64,000 nt of DNA from Podarcis bocagei (Eukaryota), in assembly GCA_964188305.1 (NCBI GenBank), contig OZ076895.1; one strand, written 5' to 3'. Position numbers and translations under genes: made by a program. Below the pieces are notes generated by a model that saw only the letters and a program-made list of their open reading frames with translations, was not told where the DNA came from and did not search any database. Shown here piece after piece: positions 51,217-64,000 of this stretch (positions are counted from its first letter, which is position 1; the number at the start of each line of letters is the position of its first letter).

Positions 51217-51490
51217 AGCAGCAGTATAGGACTGGTGGCCCATTGGATGTTGTAGCCCAACACCTCCCATTCATTCCAGCCGGCATAACTCATGGTCTGA
51301 GATGACAGGAATTCTAGAACATCCCTGCAATTCCACCAAATATTGTAGTCCAACACTTCCCATCCATCCCAGTTAGCATGGCAAATATTGGACTGCAACT
51401 CCCATCATCCCTCACCACAGGTCATGCTGGCTGGGTAGATGGGAAGTGTTGAGACTACAGTTTCTGGAGGACCACAGGGCTGTACTGAGT
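51217..51490. mobile_element. Array of about three partial palindromic MITE units
   Basis: Recurrent CAAC(AC)(C/T)TCCCAT motif near 51258, 51351 and 51396. Confidence 0.55.
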
Positions 51491-51621
51491 GATGACACCA
51501 TACAAGTATTCTCTCCTGAGTTTTAGTTTAACTAAATTTATATGCCATTTAGTACATCTGGAAGCCAATAAAAATGCAAAGATAAAAAAATGTGACAGAA
51601 AAGTCATTAAACCAATACATA

Positions 51622-52121
51622 CAGTGGGGGGGGGGGTATTTGATCCCCTGCTAAATTTGCCTTTTTGCCCCTGATGAAGAAATGACCAGTCCATAATTTT
51701 AATGGTAGGTTTATTGTAGCTGTGAGAGGCAGAATAACAACAGGAAAAACCCCAGAAACCCAGAAGACATAAGTCAGAGATTGATGTGCATTATAATGAG
51801 TGAAATAATTATTTGATCCCTTTGCAAAAGATGACTTAGTACTGGCGGCAAAACCCTTGCTGGCAATTACACAGGCCAGACGTTTCTTGTAGGTGGCCAC
51901 CAGGTTTGCACACATCTCAGGAGGTATTTTGTCCCACTCCTCTTTGCAGATCCTCTCCAAGTCAGTAAGATTTCCAGGCTGATTTCCAGGGGGTTTCCTG
52001 TTGTTATTTTGTCTCTCACAGCTACAATAAACCTACCATTAAAATGATGGACTGGTCATTTCTTCGTCAGAGGGCAAATGGGCAAATTTAGCAGGGGATC
52101 AAATACTTCCCCCCCTCACTG
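51622..52121 (-). mobile_element. Internally deleted Tc1-type (IR/DR) transposon
   Basis: TA|CAGTG...CACTG|TA with ~140-bp inverted repeats. The minus strand encodes the transposase C-terminus [36 protein letters not shown]. Confidence 0.9.
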
Positions 52122-53627
52122 TACGTGCTAAAGGCCCTCACCCCCTTTCACCAAATCACCCAAGAACATAAACTATCCAACCACATCAAACAGCCACCAA
52201 ATGCCAGATAATTATTGCTAATTAAATGCCTTTTGGTAGGGAGCATATTTGCCTGAAACTGAAAAGATGACAAAGTCAGTGCCAGGCAATCTTCCATGGG
52301 AGACCATTTCATAGGCAGGGGACTGCCACACACACACAAAAAGAGCTTCCTTATGCTGACCAAAAAGCACATTTCCTATAGATGTGGTGATCCAGAAATG
52401 GAAATTTGTGGGTATGTATTGTTAAGATTCACTAGTTCTCTTGTACTTCATGGATGGGCTATTAGTAACATGCAGCTAAAAGCTGAATCAAGCCTCACAA
52501 GTTATAAATCTTAGACCAAAATGAGATAAGATAAAATAACCAACTTTTGCTTTGTACTGTTTCCATTTGCGTACCATGCCTGCTGTTCATTTAATTGTGC
52601 CAGTTGGAATGAGAAGGTAAATTAAAATAACTAAACAAAAACACATCCTGCAGCGGCTGTTGTTGCTCATTATCAATTCAACTTACTCAGTTTCCTTGCA
52701 GTTTTACAATTCCAGGTTTCATGATCAGTGAATTTATCCTCATCAAATTAGAAACAGTATAAAAAGCTAACCGCAATGTATCTTTGACAGTCTAAAAGAG
52801 ACATTCTAACTCCAAATTAGCAATGTACTGCATACTCATTATATATCCTTGGTCTTAACTAAAACAGTTTTTTAAAAAGGAGAGTTGCGAACCAACAGTG
52901 TGATTTTTCTCTGCAAACTGAACATTTCTGTACATCCGCCACATGCATAAGAAGCTGCTGGAACGTGGGTGCATGTGTAAAGGAGCCCAGCTCCCTCTCC
53001 TTCACAACCCAGCTCTGTGTCTATGATTTCGCATCTGTTCATAAAGCCTTTAAATGTAGTTGCACTTAATGCACATGGAATACCACAACTCAATCCAGAT
53101 CTGCCCTCTCTCCTCCACACAGGTGGTCAATACTGTCAAAGCTGAAAGCACAAAGCAATTTCTTGATGGTGGGAAGGGGCCTCTGTGATCTGTGTATTGG
53201 GGCCAGTATAATCTTGTAAGGCAGAAGGAGGTTAGATTTAAAATTTTCAAATTCTTGAAGTAGAATCCTGGTTGTCCTGTACTCACTATTGGATAATACT
53301 GATTTGCCCACCCAATATCAAGAAGGGCCTGATGCCATTATTTCAGTGATAACAAAGATGTCTATTAATCTTTCAACACTTAATAACTATTAATCTTCCT
53401 CCCATGCCAACTGAGCCGACCAGGAATTTTGAAGTGAGATTCATCTTTGTATCATGTAATTCACAAAGGAAAGGGACTTTCTATTTTGACTGTGATTTAC
53501 ACATCAGAAGGATAAATCGTTTTAACTGGCATGATTATTATTTTTCCTTTACTGTCCTGCCAGCAGCAGTTTTTAAATCCTTGAGTGCGACAGCAATGTG
53601 AGGAAACATTATCTATTGAAAACTTAC

Positions 53628-53709
53628 CATAATGCATATAACAGTTTCCCTTGGTGGGATCCAGCTGAATTGCCTTTAAGAAATACTTTTCTGCTTCACT
53701 CTTGCGGCC
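53628..53709 (-). CDS. TMTC2: TMTC2 coding exon (fourth from last)
   Basis: GRKSEAEKYFLKAIQLDPTKGNCYMHY+G. Pyrimidine tract ttttcttctcttctccttaag|GGC, donor G|gtaagt. 82 nt, phase 0 to 1. Confidence 0.95.
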
Positions 53710-56700
53710 CTTAAGGAGAAGAGAAGAAAACATACACAAATGGATCATCTGGACACTGTGTCATTGCAACTTTGCCATGCTTTAAAACTACCCTATGAAT
53801 AAGCAAGATAAGGATCTACAACTGGGGGGGGGGGAATAGAATGGTCTTGATTTCATTTAATGATAGCTTAGACCTCCATGAATATGAAGTTCACGCCATT
53901 TCTCTTCTGTTAAGATTCATAAATACATATATATATTCTCCAAACTTCCATGCCATGGTGTTGGTTCTTTGCTAATGCAAAGTTTGTGTCCAGGGCAGGT
54001 CCAAAGTGAGATGGTTCACTTCACTGCCTTCCATCTTTTGAAGAGATGCATAGCAAACTGTTCTTCCATCACACACCCTTTTGGTGTCTCTTCCTAAGGA
54101 CTGCAAACCCTGGGATTAAGGAGATAAACTGTCTCCATCCCTATACTCCAACATTCCTGTTTCTAGGGGTTGCCTGTGGGAGTTTCCATGCCTTCTGGCA
54201 AGTTCAGCTCAGCTTACTGCTGTCTGCATCTGGGTAGGCATGAGAAGGTCAGGCGAATTTTCCTCAACAAGGACTCCTTCGTGTCCCAGAGGTAAGACCA
54301 TCCTGTTCCATCCCTGGTAATATGCAATCATGTAGAAAGTTTTCTGCAGAAAGTTAGGTGCTTTCCCATAGGACACCCATGAGATGAGAGCTTGAAGTTA
54401 ACTTCAATCTTACACTGGTGCCACATGTTTTATTGTTAACCTTGTGAGTTGAACAGGAGAGGTGTAATCATGAACAAAGGAATAAAAGGGTCTTTCAAAG
54501 TATAGCTAAAAGAGAAAATACGCAATGGTCTGCCCCACATAGACCAGGAGTTCCTTGTAGCAACAGTCATCTCATTTCAAGTGGAGTCCCAGACCTCCAA
54601 AGGACTGCTGACCAAATCTGCATTAAAAACACCCAACCATTACCCCCAGCGTCAGAAATCTACCTGGATTCATCTGTATTTTAAACAATGCCCTGAGGGA
54701 GGAATACAATAATGAGTAAGAAAGAAGAATTGGTGCCTCCTGGCACAACTGTAAGGCAAATATGGATTATAGGAGAAATGCAACATATTAAAAATCACAA
54801 CAGGGCATTAAAGTTATTATCCTCCTTTGGCAAAACATTTAAAGTAACAAAGCATTCATCTGCAGGTCTCCCAAATAACAGGCTGAAACTGGAGCACATT
54901 GCTAATGCTGACTGAATTAACATTTACATCTCTTGTGTCATTGCCCTGAAACAGGCAAATACTATTAGTCTTAGCTGGCTAATTATAATGTCTCATTGCA
55001 TACTCAGATTTCTATTCCTAAGAAAAAAGAAACAATTCTCTGGATCCCCTGCCTTTTTCTGTTAAGCTTCAGCCTACAGAATTATCTCCATGAAACCAAA
55101 AGGAAAGCCAGATAGTTTCCCCATTCATTCAGTTCTTCATAATATGTCACAATAATACTATGGTTAGCTTCCTGAAATTACTACTAAATTCAGTTTGAAC
55201 GCACTGGTGGGCTGCAATGCGAGGGGACTAGAATTCAAGATGGCACCAAGTATAAGAAATGGGTGTTTTCTGAATAGCTGAAATAAAAATAAAAAGAAAA
55301 TCATTAGCAGAAAATGTTTTCAGATTTCTTTGCTTAGCCCTAGGTGGAGTAACTGGAAATGACTAATTTAATCACCCTGACTATATCTAAATTTTGTTAA
55401 ATAATTACCAGAGACCTTGCATACTCTCTTCTCCAACTCTTAAAAACAAGAACATCATTAACCATGTATTTTTCAAGTTTCCTCCAAACCTCTTCTTTCC
55501 TGTCAAACAGTGTAACATCTATCATTTGACAGAATCAGGCTATTTTACTACTAATTTGCAGCATTTATCAAACTTTCATCTTGTCAGGCAACAATTTTAT
55601 TTTTTTTAGTTTAATGACGTGAATGTTCCTTTTCTTAATACGATTTACTAGGAGCGCACATAAAGCTAAATAAGAGCACACATATGCTGCGGTAGTTAGA
55701 CATGCACTCTGACGTTTATAGCTCCAACATTGCAGGAATTTAACCCAAGGAAGGATTAGAACTTTGGAAAATGACAGACAGAGGAATCTTTTCTCATTTT
55801 AAGGCAAAAACCTGGTGTGACTGTTAAAATGGCTTAAGTAATTTACACCATATTCTATTGCCTGCAAATTCTCCCCTTCCCCTTAATGTGTGCTGAATGA
55901 CTATTAGTATTTTTTGTTATTCATAAATGGAATGATTTCTGAATATTAGGGTACTATGAAATGTCATTCTCCCACAAATCACTAACTTCCTCTTGACACA
56001 AAATAGACACAAGCACAAAGATACTATTTATCATCTAAATGCCTCCAGTAAATGAACAATTGGGTAGGCTATGGACTAGTTTACACACAGCGTGCGAATG
56101 TATGCTTCCCTATATATGGTTGGTTGATTTTGGAGTAGGTGATTTTTAAAAAATATTTGGGCCGGAGCCATTTAGTACCTACACCTTTGTAAATAAAGCA
56201 AATAATAGGCTTCAGTCTTTGAATCACCTTCATACAAAGGAAACTAAACCCTGTATGATTGCTCCTGAAACTATTCACCATTCAGGGTGGCTGGTGAGAG
56301 CATAACAATATCCTAGTGGCCTTAGGCTAATCCAGTAAGCAATGCTAGATATATACCACTGAGGATTCTGATTGAAAACATTTTTGAAATAATAGAACCC
56401 AGGGAATAATTGAAAGGAAGGAAATCCAATTATTCAATAAAATGTGACATTTTATTCAAATAGACTGACATTATTCTTTGATTAAGAAGCTATAAAATTT
56501 GCATGCAAGGAAGGAAGAAATCTGCACCAACATCTCTCTCTATTACTGGACGTTTTGGTTTCCCCATTAATACTGGTATCTTCTGACAGCTGGTAGAATG
56601 TTCTGCAACCAGGCAAGGCAGCTGGCACACTTTAAGCTACTGGAGAATTTAAAATTCTAAGAAGCTAATAGGAGGGAGATTAATGCAGTCAAGCAGTTCT

Positions 56701-56889
56701 GAATAATGCACTTGTAGAGAATCATATTCACTGCCAGGTAACAATTAGTTTACTCTCTCAATCTAATTCATTTTCTACGTTTCCCACAAAAAAAAGTGTA
56801 TTAAGACTCCCTCCTTTCAGTTAAACAAGGTGTGTATGAACAGACAGAAACTTAACTGTGGCAGCTTAAGTCCATGATGCAGCACACTT

Positions 56890-56952
56890 CAGTGGCTGGG
56901 GAAACCCAGCCAGATGGACTGGGTATAAATAGTAAATTATTATTACTATTAC
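56890..56952 (+). mobile_element. Very short L2 3' tip
   Basis: CAGTGGCTGGGGAAACCCAGCCAGATGG...GGTATAAAT plus (ATT)n, matching 41754-41800. Confidence 0.75.
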
Positions 56953-58744
56953 AACTACTGTGAAGCTTTGCAATAATTATATGTCCAGATAGGTCCAGTG
57001 GCTCCAAAACATTTATTGAGGGGAACTCACTGATTGAATTATCTCACCTGAGCAGGTGAACTGTCGGATCTGGAGGTGAAATTCTTAGATGCCTATGAAG
57101 CGCTACCTGGTGTCCACTACTAAAATCATCTGTCTACAAGGCTGCTGTGATCCTTAGTTTGAAGGTGGGTGAATATGTGTAAAACCTCTAAATAAAGCCA
57201 GTAGGAAGGTTAAAAGGGATGAGACTGAAAAGTGCCAATTACAACCTTCCCTCTCACCATCAAGAGATGAAAAACATAGTGTCACCACTGGATGCTATTA
57301 AGTATTTATTTTAAAATGTAAAGTGCCTTCTGTTTCATAATTAGAGTTACAAAATTTTGGCAAGCAGACAAATCTGCTGTAATTGGACGGCAAAGTCAAT
57401 GCAAATATAAACGAAAACGTAATTTTTTGGCATGTGGCCAAATTCAAAAGGAAGCAAAGTTGACAGATGCCAGTTTACAAAAGTAACTACATTTTGGAAC
57501 TGCTTTCATTTGCTACAGTCATGCTAATGTTTAAGTTTTGGGATAAAAAATATTCAGCGAAGCATGCTGGCAAAATGACTGAAAAGTTACGCAGAAGGAC
57601 ATATGGAGACAAGGAGAAAGGCATGAAATAAAGGCGTACATATGAAACTGTGTTCACCAAGACCGCACACTTAGCTAACTTTACTCTGAACTACTATTAC
57701 CTTTCCATAGTCACCCATGACCTAGTAACATTCAAGTTTGACTGTAGATTCAACATGATGGTGGCTTTTAAGAGCTAGGTTAAGATTGAGAGTGGTTAAT
57801 ACTTTCCAGGACCAACTGTTTTCACTGATCATATAAGGACCTGTGAACAGGCTGGGAGGCCTCCTTCAAGCTTGTCCTTATACAAAGGAAAATAGGTTAG
57901 ACTGCATCCTAGCATAAGCAGGAAGCATTTGTGGAAATTGGCTTTCCGTTCATAAACCCTGAAACTACTCAACCAATATGTAGCAACAACATGTTATCCC
58001 AAAGCCCATGGGCACGCAGGCAATACAGAGGTAAAGGCAGCATGATTCCTGTCCCAAGGGCAAAAGTCTCCAAGTCCACCTGAGCACACAGCTACTTTGG
58101 CCAAGATTTCTACTCTGTGGCATCACAGCAGCTAAGCCAATGACAGCTCTCCTGCCAAGGCCCTCTGTGACATCAGAGAAGATCAACTGTACCAACCATA
58201 ACCGCCTGCTGCCTGTAGGCTGTGAATATGCTAGTTAGATTATAACTGCATTCAAGCAAGACTACGGTACAGTGTAGAGAGAGAGATGCAATCTGGGATA
58301 AGTACATTTGAGAACTCAAACCCGACATTATGTGATAAATGTCACAGCAGACATACCAGTACAGATAAAATGCCTCTCAAGCTGAAGTCAGAAGCCTGGC
58401 CAACATTATTGAAACCTCAACCTCCATTTTTTGTACAAAAAATTGCCTTCACATTAGATTGCTGACACTTTTTTTGTACCTTCAGGTCTTGTTCAAATGA
58501 TAATTAACAATTCTAAATACTCAAGACTGCCCCTTTCACTGTTATTTTTGTCAGAAGCACAATTACATATATTACAGGAACGCTGTAATGTTAGAGGTTT
58601 TTTTTCTAAAATAAACATGTTTATATTCAGAAAATACATATATTGTAAATGATCACAATCAGGGAAGGACTTCAGCACTCTGGCAATACCAGTCAACCAG
58701 CTCTAGAACAAGGGAGTTAGCTTCAACAGTGTCTTCCCATAAGC

Positions 58745-58890
58745 AACTCATTTTGACAATGAGATATTGGGGAGTTTATAACAGCACCATCGTGGTGCTA
58801 TGTACCTTCAAAAAGCGTAACTCATTTCGACAATGAGATATTGGGGAGTTTATAACAGCACCATCATGGTGCTATGTACCTTCAAAAAGC
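58745..58890. repeat. 72-bp tandem duplication
   Basis: Units 58745-58816 and 58819-58890, with two mismatches and a GT spacer. Confidence 0.95.
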
Positions 58891-61282
58891 TAAATAGCGT
58901 TTCTGGAAAAATAAATAAAATGAAAACAGGGGCTTTAGCTCAGGGTTGGCCACCTTCCAGTTATTCAACTAGCTGAGCCACTACTCATATGCCTTAACCA
59001 CTAAATTTTCCTCCTCTTATGTTTTCTGGTAAAATACACCCTGGTGAGTTATAATTTTAACATATGAATTTATAATATTACTTGATATGTGGGTTGTGAA
59101 AAAATTTCTTCCAGTTGATTGTAGGCAGGGAGATCATAATTTCACTAGCCATTCTGTTACAAATATAGATTCGGGTGTGATTTACATTGTTAAAAGTGTT
59201 CCATGTTCCCATTCTGTGCCACCCAAACTAAGATATAAAACGCTTTTCATAAAATAGTTAAGGTATATAAAATACTATCTCCTACTAAGCTTTTATTAAT
59301 CTATCAAATTAGCATAGGAAACATAATAGAACACAGATAAAATTTGTGCTTAAAATGTGATAACATAAACAAGGTTAAGCAGAAAAACTAGAGCAGTGCT
59401 ATGCAAAACTGGCATAGCTTTATCCACATACTGACATGGGCATGAATAATGAGTTTCAAATGAATGACGAAGTCACATTATTTGTCTTCTGCACTAATTC
59501 ATGCTTCTTTGAGCACCATAACTTTAGTGCACTTCATTAATTTCTATGAACACAAACATTTTATATGGCACCATATTATATGCTAAACTCACACAAGAAC
59601 ATATGCCTTAAAACTCTAACAATTGCAGGAAGTATGGAAACTAAAGTCACCATCAGCTTTATTGTATTAGCCATTGGCCTTGAGAGTTTTCAGGTAAAAT
59701 TTCAAAAAAAATAAACTTTTTTAAAAACCTGATACAATAAAATTCTGTTAAGTTAAACTAAAAACATCCATTATCTTAAAAATATCTATTATCTTCTTAG
59801 AACTCCTTAGTTGTCCTAATCCTTTACTCTTCTTTCACTTGAAGTTTCCTTGCAGTTAAAACATACAGTGCTGTTCTACATGTCACAAAGGATGTAATTT
59901 TTCTAATAGAAAACAGATGATTTCTCGGTCAGAACAAGATGTTAATCTAGCCAAAATCCCCCCGCCCCATTTTCCCTTGGCCCATCAAAAAAGGGACATT
60001 ATAGAACAGAATTGATTACATTGTCTGGCTTGATTCAGGTTACAAATACAATTCCACTGGGAGACAGGAGCTTGTTTCTATCTGCCATTCAACATGGCAG
60101 AAGGCATAACCTGTAAGCAGAGTGTGAGAAAAGCATTCTGCAAGGTGAAGAATGTTAAATCCTCAAGGTATCTAAACCTATGACGGTCCTTTTAAAAGAG
60201 ACAAAACCATTGATAGGCTTTAAATTGTCGCAACAGCCTCATATCTCTCCCCCCCCCACTCCCCTTGGACTTTCATATATCCTGTCGCTTAGTTTGTTTT
60301 TTGTGTATTACCTAGGAGATCCCATAATACTTCAAGCAAATTATACATTTGAGACAGCAAGATATGCCTGTTTTACTAATCATGTACACACAACTATGAA
60401 ATCTCAATAATGTCACATGTATCCTTGTTTCAACCGATGGCCAGCCTACCTCTGAGGGTTTGGTCAAAGCTCTCTCTCATCTATAGCTGAAAACCTGAAG
60501 TGATGACCTGCTCCAAGCCACAGTTTTCCCAATTCATTTCAAACGCTGATATCACCAGGGATGCAGACAGGATTTAGCCTCAACTGAAGTCTGTGTCTCT
60601 GGTAGAATTGTCTCATTCATGTACATGGGGAAAAGCCAAATGCCTCATCTGGCAATAAGCTGCAGTCCCACCATGCCTGACAATGGACCATCTAGCCATC
60701 AGCAGCAGTGACTTCCACAGGGATGGGAACACCACCTCCTGCTGAAAGGAGCCCCATGGTTTAGAACAGAAGGCAATAGGTTTATAATACCCCAGCGTCA
60801 CTACGAGCTGGGTTGAGGAGAGGGAACAGAGGATGAACAACAAAGTTTGTCTGTTGTGGAGGAGCTCATCTTCATGTCTTGTGGTCTGGGGGAACAGTTC
60901 TTCCTATTCAGGGCTCACTGGTCATGTTTAGCTTTGGGGCACAGGGCACACTGTGTCCTCTCTCTCCAGATTCAGTGATGGTTGGGAAATTGAGGAATGA
61001 GTTGGGAAGAGAGCAGAGTTGGGAAGAGGGAGCCTATTAGGGTTTTTTAAATAAATAAATAAATAAATGCTGAATTAAAGGCAAACTTTGAGAAGTCTGG
61101 CTATTAAGATAACGTCAATATTTGCTTTTGTCTGTTCTTTAGAAACAAACACTAGAATTTTAGTCAAAATGAACATATTCTTTCCTGAAAGTTATGTATT
61201 TGTGTGTTTTTTTTATATTGTAAATCACCCTGTGATCCTGATGAAGGGTGGTATAGAAATATAATAAATAATAACAACTTAC

Positions 61283-61404
61283 CGTTAAAGCCAGGAGTTT
61301 CCCATATGTGAGATGAGCTGGGATGTGGTCTGTTTTGGCCCGCAGTGATTCCACATACCAGTGTTCTGCTTCAGGTAATCTGCTGAGCCTCATGTAGGCT
61401 TCCC
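61283..61404 (-). CDS. TMTC2: TMTC2 coding exon (fifth from last), TPR region
   Basis: Translates (G)EAYMRLSRLPEAEHWYVESLRAKTDHIPAHLTYGKLLALT, which I recognise as TMTC2 TPR region. Acceptor ...ctgtgcag|GG, donor ACG|gtaagt. 122 nt, phase 1 to 0. Confidence 0.95.
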
Positions 61405-61519
61405 CTGCACAGCAGAATTGGAAACCAATTAGAGGACATGGAGTTATATATATATATAGAGAGAGAAGAAAACTGAGTTAATTTAATGGGATATAACCAT
61501 TTAACTTAGTTCATAAAGC

Positions 61520-61587
61520 ATCTTCCTCAGTCCTAGCTGGAGATGGTAGGGATTTAACCTGGGGTCTTCTACATGCAAAGCAGATGC
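61520..61587 (-). mobile_element. Fragment of the old tRNA SINE abutting an L2 tail
   Basis: CTGGAGATG...ACCTGGGGTCTTCTACATGCAAAGCAGATGC resembles 36008-36058. Confidence 0.6.
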
Positions 61588-61644
<57 letters not shown>

Positions 61645-62119
61645 TTATTATTTGTACCCCACCCATCTGGCTGGGTTTCCCCAGCCACTCTGGGTGGCTT
61701 CCACAAAGACCAAAAATACACTAAGATGTCACACATTAAAAGCTTCCCTGAACAGGGCTGCCTTAAGATGTCTTCTGAATGTCAGGTAGTTGTTTATCTC
61801 TTTGACATCTGATGGGAGGGCATTCCACAGGGCAGGTGCCACTACCGAGAAGGCCCTCTGCCTGGTTCCCTGTAGCTTTGCTTCTCGCAATGAGGGAACT
61901 GCCAGAAGGCCCTTGGCGCTGGACCTCAGCGTCTGGGCAGAATGATGGGGGTGGAGACGCTCCTTCAGGTATACTGGGCCGAGGCCGTTTAGAGCTTCAA
62001 ATGTCAACGCCAACACTCTGAATTGTGCTCGGAAATGTACTGGGAGCCAATGTAGGTCTTTCAAGACCGGTGTTATGTGGTCTCGGCGGCCGCCCCAGTC
62101 ACCAGTCTAGCTGCCGCAT
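61588..62119 (-). mobile_element. L2-clade LINE 3' fragment with (ATT)n tail
   Basis: ORF 61729-62064 LHWLPVHFRAQF...VAPALWNALPSDVKE is the typical L2 ORF2 end. (AAT)n at 61588-61643 on +. Confidence 0.9.
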
Positions 62120-62742
62120 GACTGGTCTTGACTATCCTTGAGCTCCAACCTTTCTCTAGCATCACCACTGGAAACAGGATAGAATCTAACCCTTGCCTCC
62201 AGTGTATTAAGGCATCAGGCTAGTTAAGAGGTAGGTACATGTAGCTCTGAACTCCGAAGAATAGTCAAGGGCTTAGGGAGAAAAGCCCTATGGGAAGAAA
62301 AGACTCCGCTGCTGCCTGAGGCTACTGTCTTTCTTCTTAACTGGAAAGACAGTGCTATCCAGACCAGGCAGTAATTTGAAACAAAGACAGGTGACCTTGG
62401 AAGCTACAGCTGGGTGTCACCCTTTGCTGGGTGTTCCCCTTTGCCACATGACCTTGACGTGTATTACAATATGAAAACTTAAACCAATCATGAAGGGGGG
62501 GGAAGCAGGGGTTCATTAAAACTCAACTGTCTGTTAATAGGACTGGATAGTTACTCAGGTCAATCAGAAAGCCCGATGAAAAGGAAAAGTCTACAGCTGG
62601 CAACTAAAAATTGACATTATTGTCAGTGGGACCTCGAGAGGCAGCATTTTTCATAACTGGTAAGCATTTTGCCAGTGAGCAAGATCAAATAATCTCCCCT
62701 CAGTTTGCAGAAGAAGTTCATAAATAAAGGGCTCCTAATATT

Positions 62743-62988
62743 GAGGCTCCAATACTTTGGCCACCTCATGAGAAGAGAAGACTCCCTGGAAAAGACCCTG
62801 ATGTTGGGAAAGATGGAGGGCACAAGGAGAAGGGGACGACAGAGGACGGGATGGTTGGACAGTGTTCTTGAAGCTACGAACATGGGTTTGACCAAACTGC
62901 GGGAGGCAGTGGAAGACAGGAGTGCCTGGCATGCTCTGGTCCATGGGGTCACGAAGAGTTGGACACGACTAAACGACTAAACAACAAC
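62743..62988 (+). mobile_element. BovB-type RTE LINE 3' fragment
   Basis: RLQYFGHLMRREDSLEKTLMLGKMEG...HGVTKSWTRLND* with a (CAA)n tail. Possible 6-bp TSD aatatt at 62737-62742 and 62989-62994. Confidence 0.9.
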
Positions 62989-64000
62989 AATATTATCACA
63001 TTCATGTAAACAGATCAAAATCCCTGACTGAAATGGGGCATGAAAGGAAGCTTCATCCAGATATACCTGTCCTTGTTCTACTACCATATGTTCAACGATA
63101 TCTGATGTGCTGTCTTCTATATGAGAGTACAGCAATTAAGAGGGAAAGGAAATTCAGGACACCATGGGCGAGATTTCATACAATCCTCTCAGAACAACTA
63201 GATCGTTGTAGATTGTCTACTAAAATTAGCTGCTCTCTGAAAGTTATCTTAGACCGTGCTGCCAGAAATTCCACTGCTGATCCCTGAATGTCAAGCAGTA
63301 TTAAAATGCATCACCATAAATATATGCAATGATGATTTATATAGAACTTTCAGTTTGCAATAATGCATCTGTCTATGGCTGATACTAACAGCTGTGGTCA
63401 GTTGGTTAAAAATTTAGGCAATAAGATACTTCAAGCTTTATGGTGAGAAATAAGTGTTTCAAACACAAGAGCGTGATAAACTTTAATGCGTTTCCCCTTT
63501 ATACGAATTCACACACATAGCTGAACAGTGGATTTTAAATTTCCAATATCTACTACATAGTAGATTCTAAACATGCGAATATAGCTGAGTATGCAGCAGA
63601 ATTTCCTCCTGCAGCATCATATTTGTAAAATACAAACAATTTATAGTTAAAAGCAGAAATAAGGCTCAGCCAAAAGATTTCAGCGAAGTAAATTATTCAT
63701 TTTTGTTGAAATAAATCCATTTTTATATAGCTCCAGATGCTTCTTGGCAACCTGAATATGCAGTTTTGAGGGGAGCAAAAGGAAGCTTAAAATATTAAGG
63801 TCTGTAAAATGCTACTGTTTGTTACAAAAAATGACAGACACAAGCAAATCCTCTTTGCTTAGCCTGTCCCTTTATGGAAAAGGGATGCAAGCATTTGCTG
63901 AATGTGTTTTAAGGGTCCAATTTACCTTAGGACTAGGAGCCTTTAGAGCTCATTTGTTTGAAAATACAAAGAATGTGTACAATTTGTACCTTTTCCAAAC

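Noticed and set aside
53710-53712. AAG splice acceptor as non-canonical splicing
   Set aside because: It is still an AG acceptor with a strong pyrimidine tract; uncommon but ordinary.
58745-58890. CRISPR-like repeat with palindrome
   Set aside because: There are only two units, no unique spacers and no cas genes, and the context is a vertebrate intron.
1-64000. A previously undescribed biological system
   Set aside because: All strong signals are explained by TMTC2 exons, known classes of transposable elements and simple repeats. I saw no viral, organellar or prokaryotic-type insert, though unannotated conserved non-coding elements cannot be excluded without alignment.

Overview
Vertebrate genomic DNA, almost certainly from a squamate and probably a lacertid lizard, judging from Sauria SINE, Squam3-like SINE with a (CTT)n tail and BovB-type RTE LINE fragments. 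The only gene is the 3' part of TMTC2 (ER protein O-mannosyltransferase with TPR repeats) on the minus strand. Its last five coding exons (61283-61404, 53628-53709, 46733-46847, 44182-44245, 25802-25981) all have GT-AG junctions and consistent phases. A 3' UTR probably runs 2-4 kb further toward position ~22000, and the leftmost ~22 kb looks intergenic. Everything else I can identify is transposable-element debris or simple repeats: a young 5'-truncated L1-clade LINE with a perfect 18-bp target-site duplication (TSD), older L1, L2 and BovB fragments, several SINE families, hAT, Tigger, Tc1 and Harbinger-like MITEs with readable TIRs/TSDs, nested insertions, a 72-bp tandem duplication and microsatellites. 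I found no convincing novel biological system. The most interesting points are the TE insertion architecture and a few candidate regulatory elements. Repeat family names come from recognition, not from a database search.
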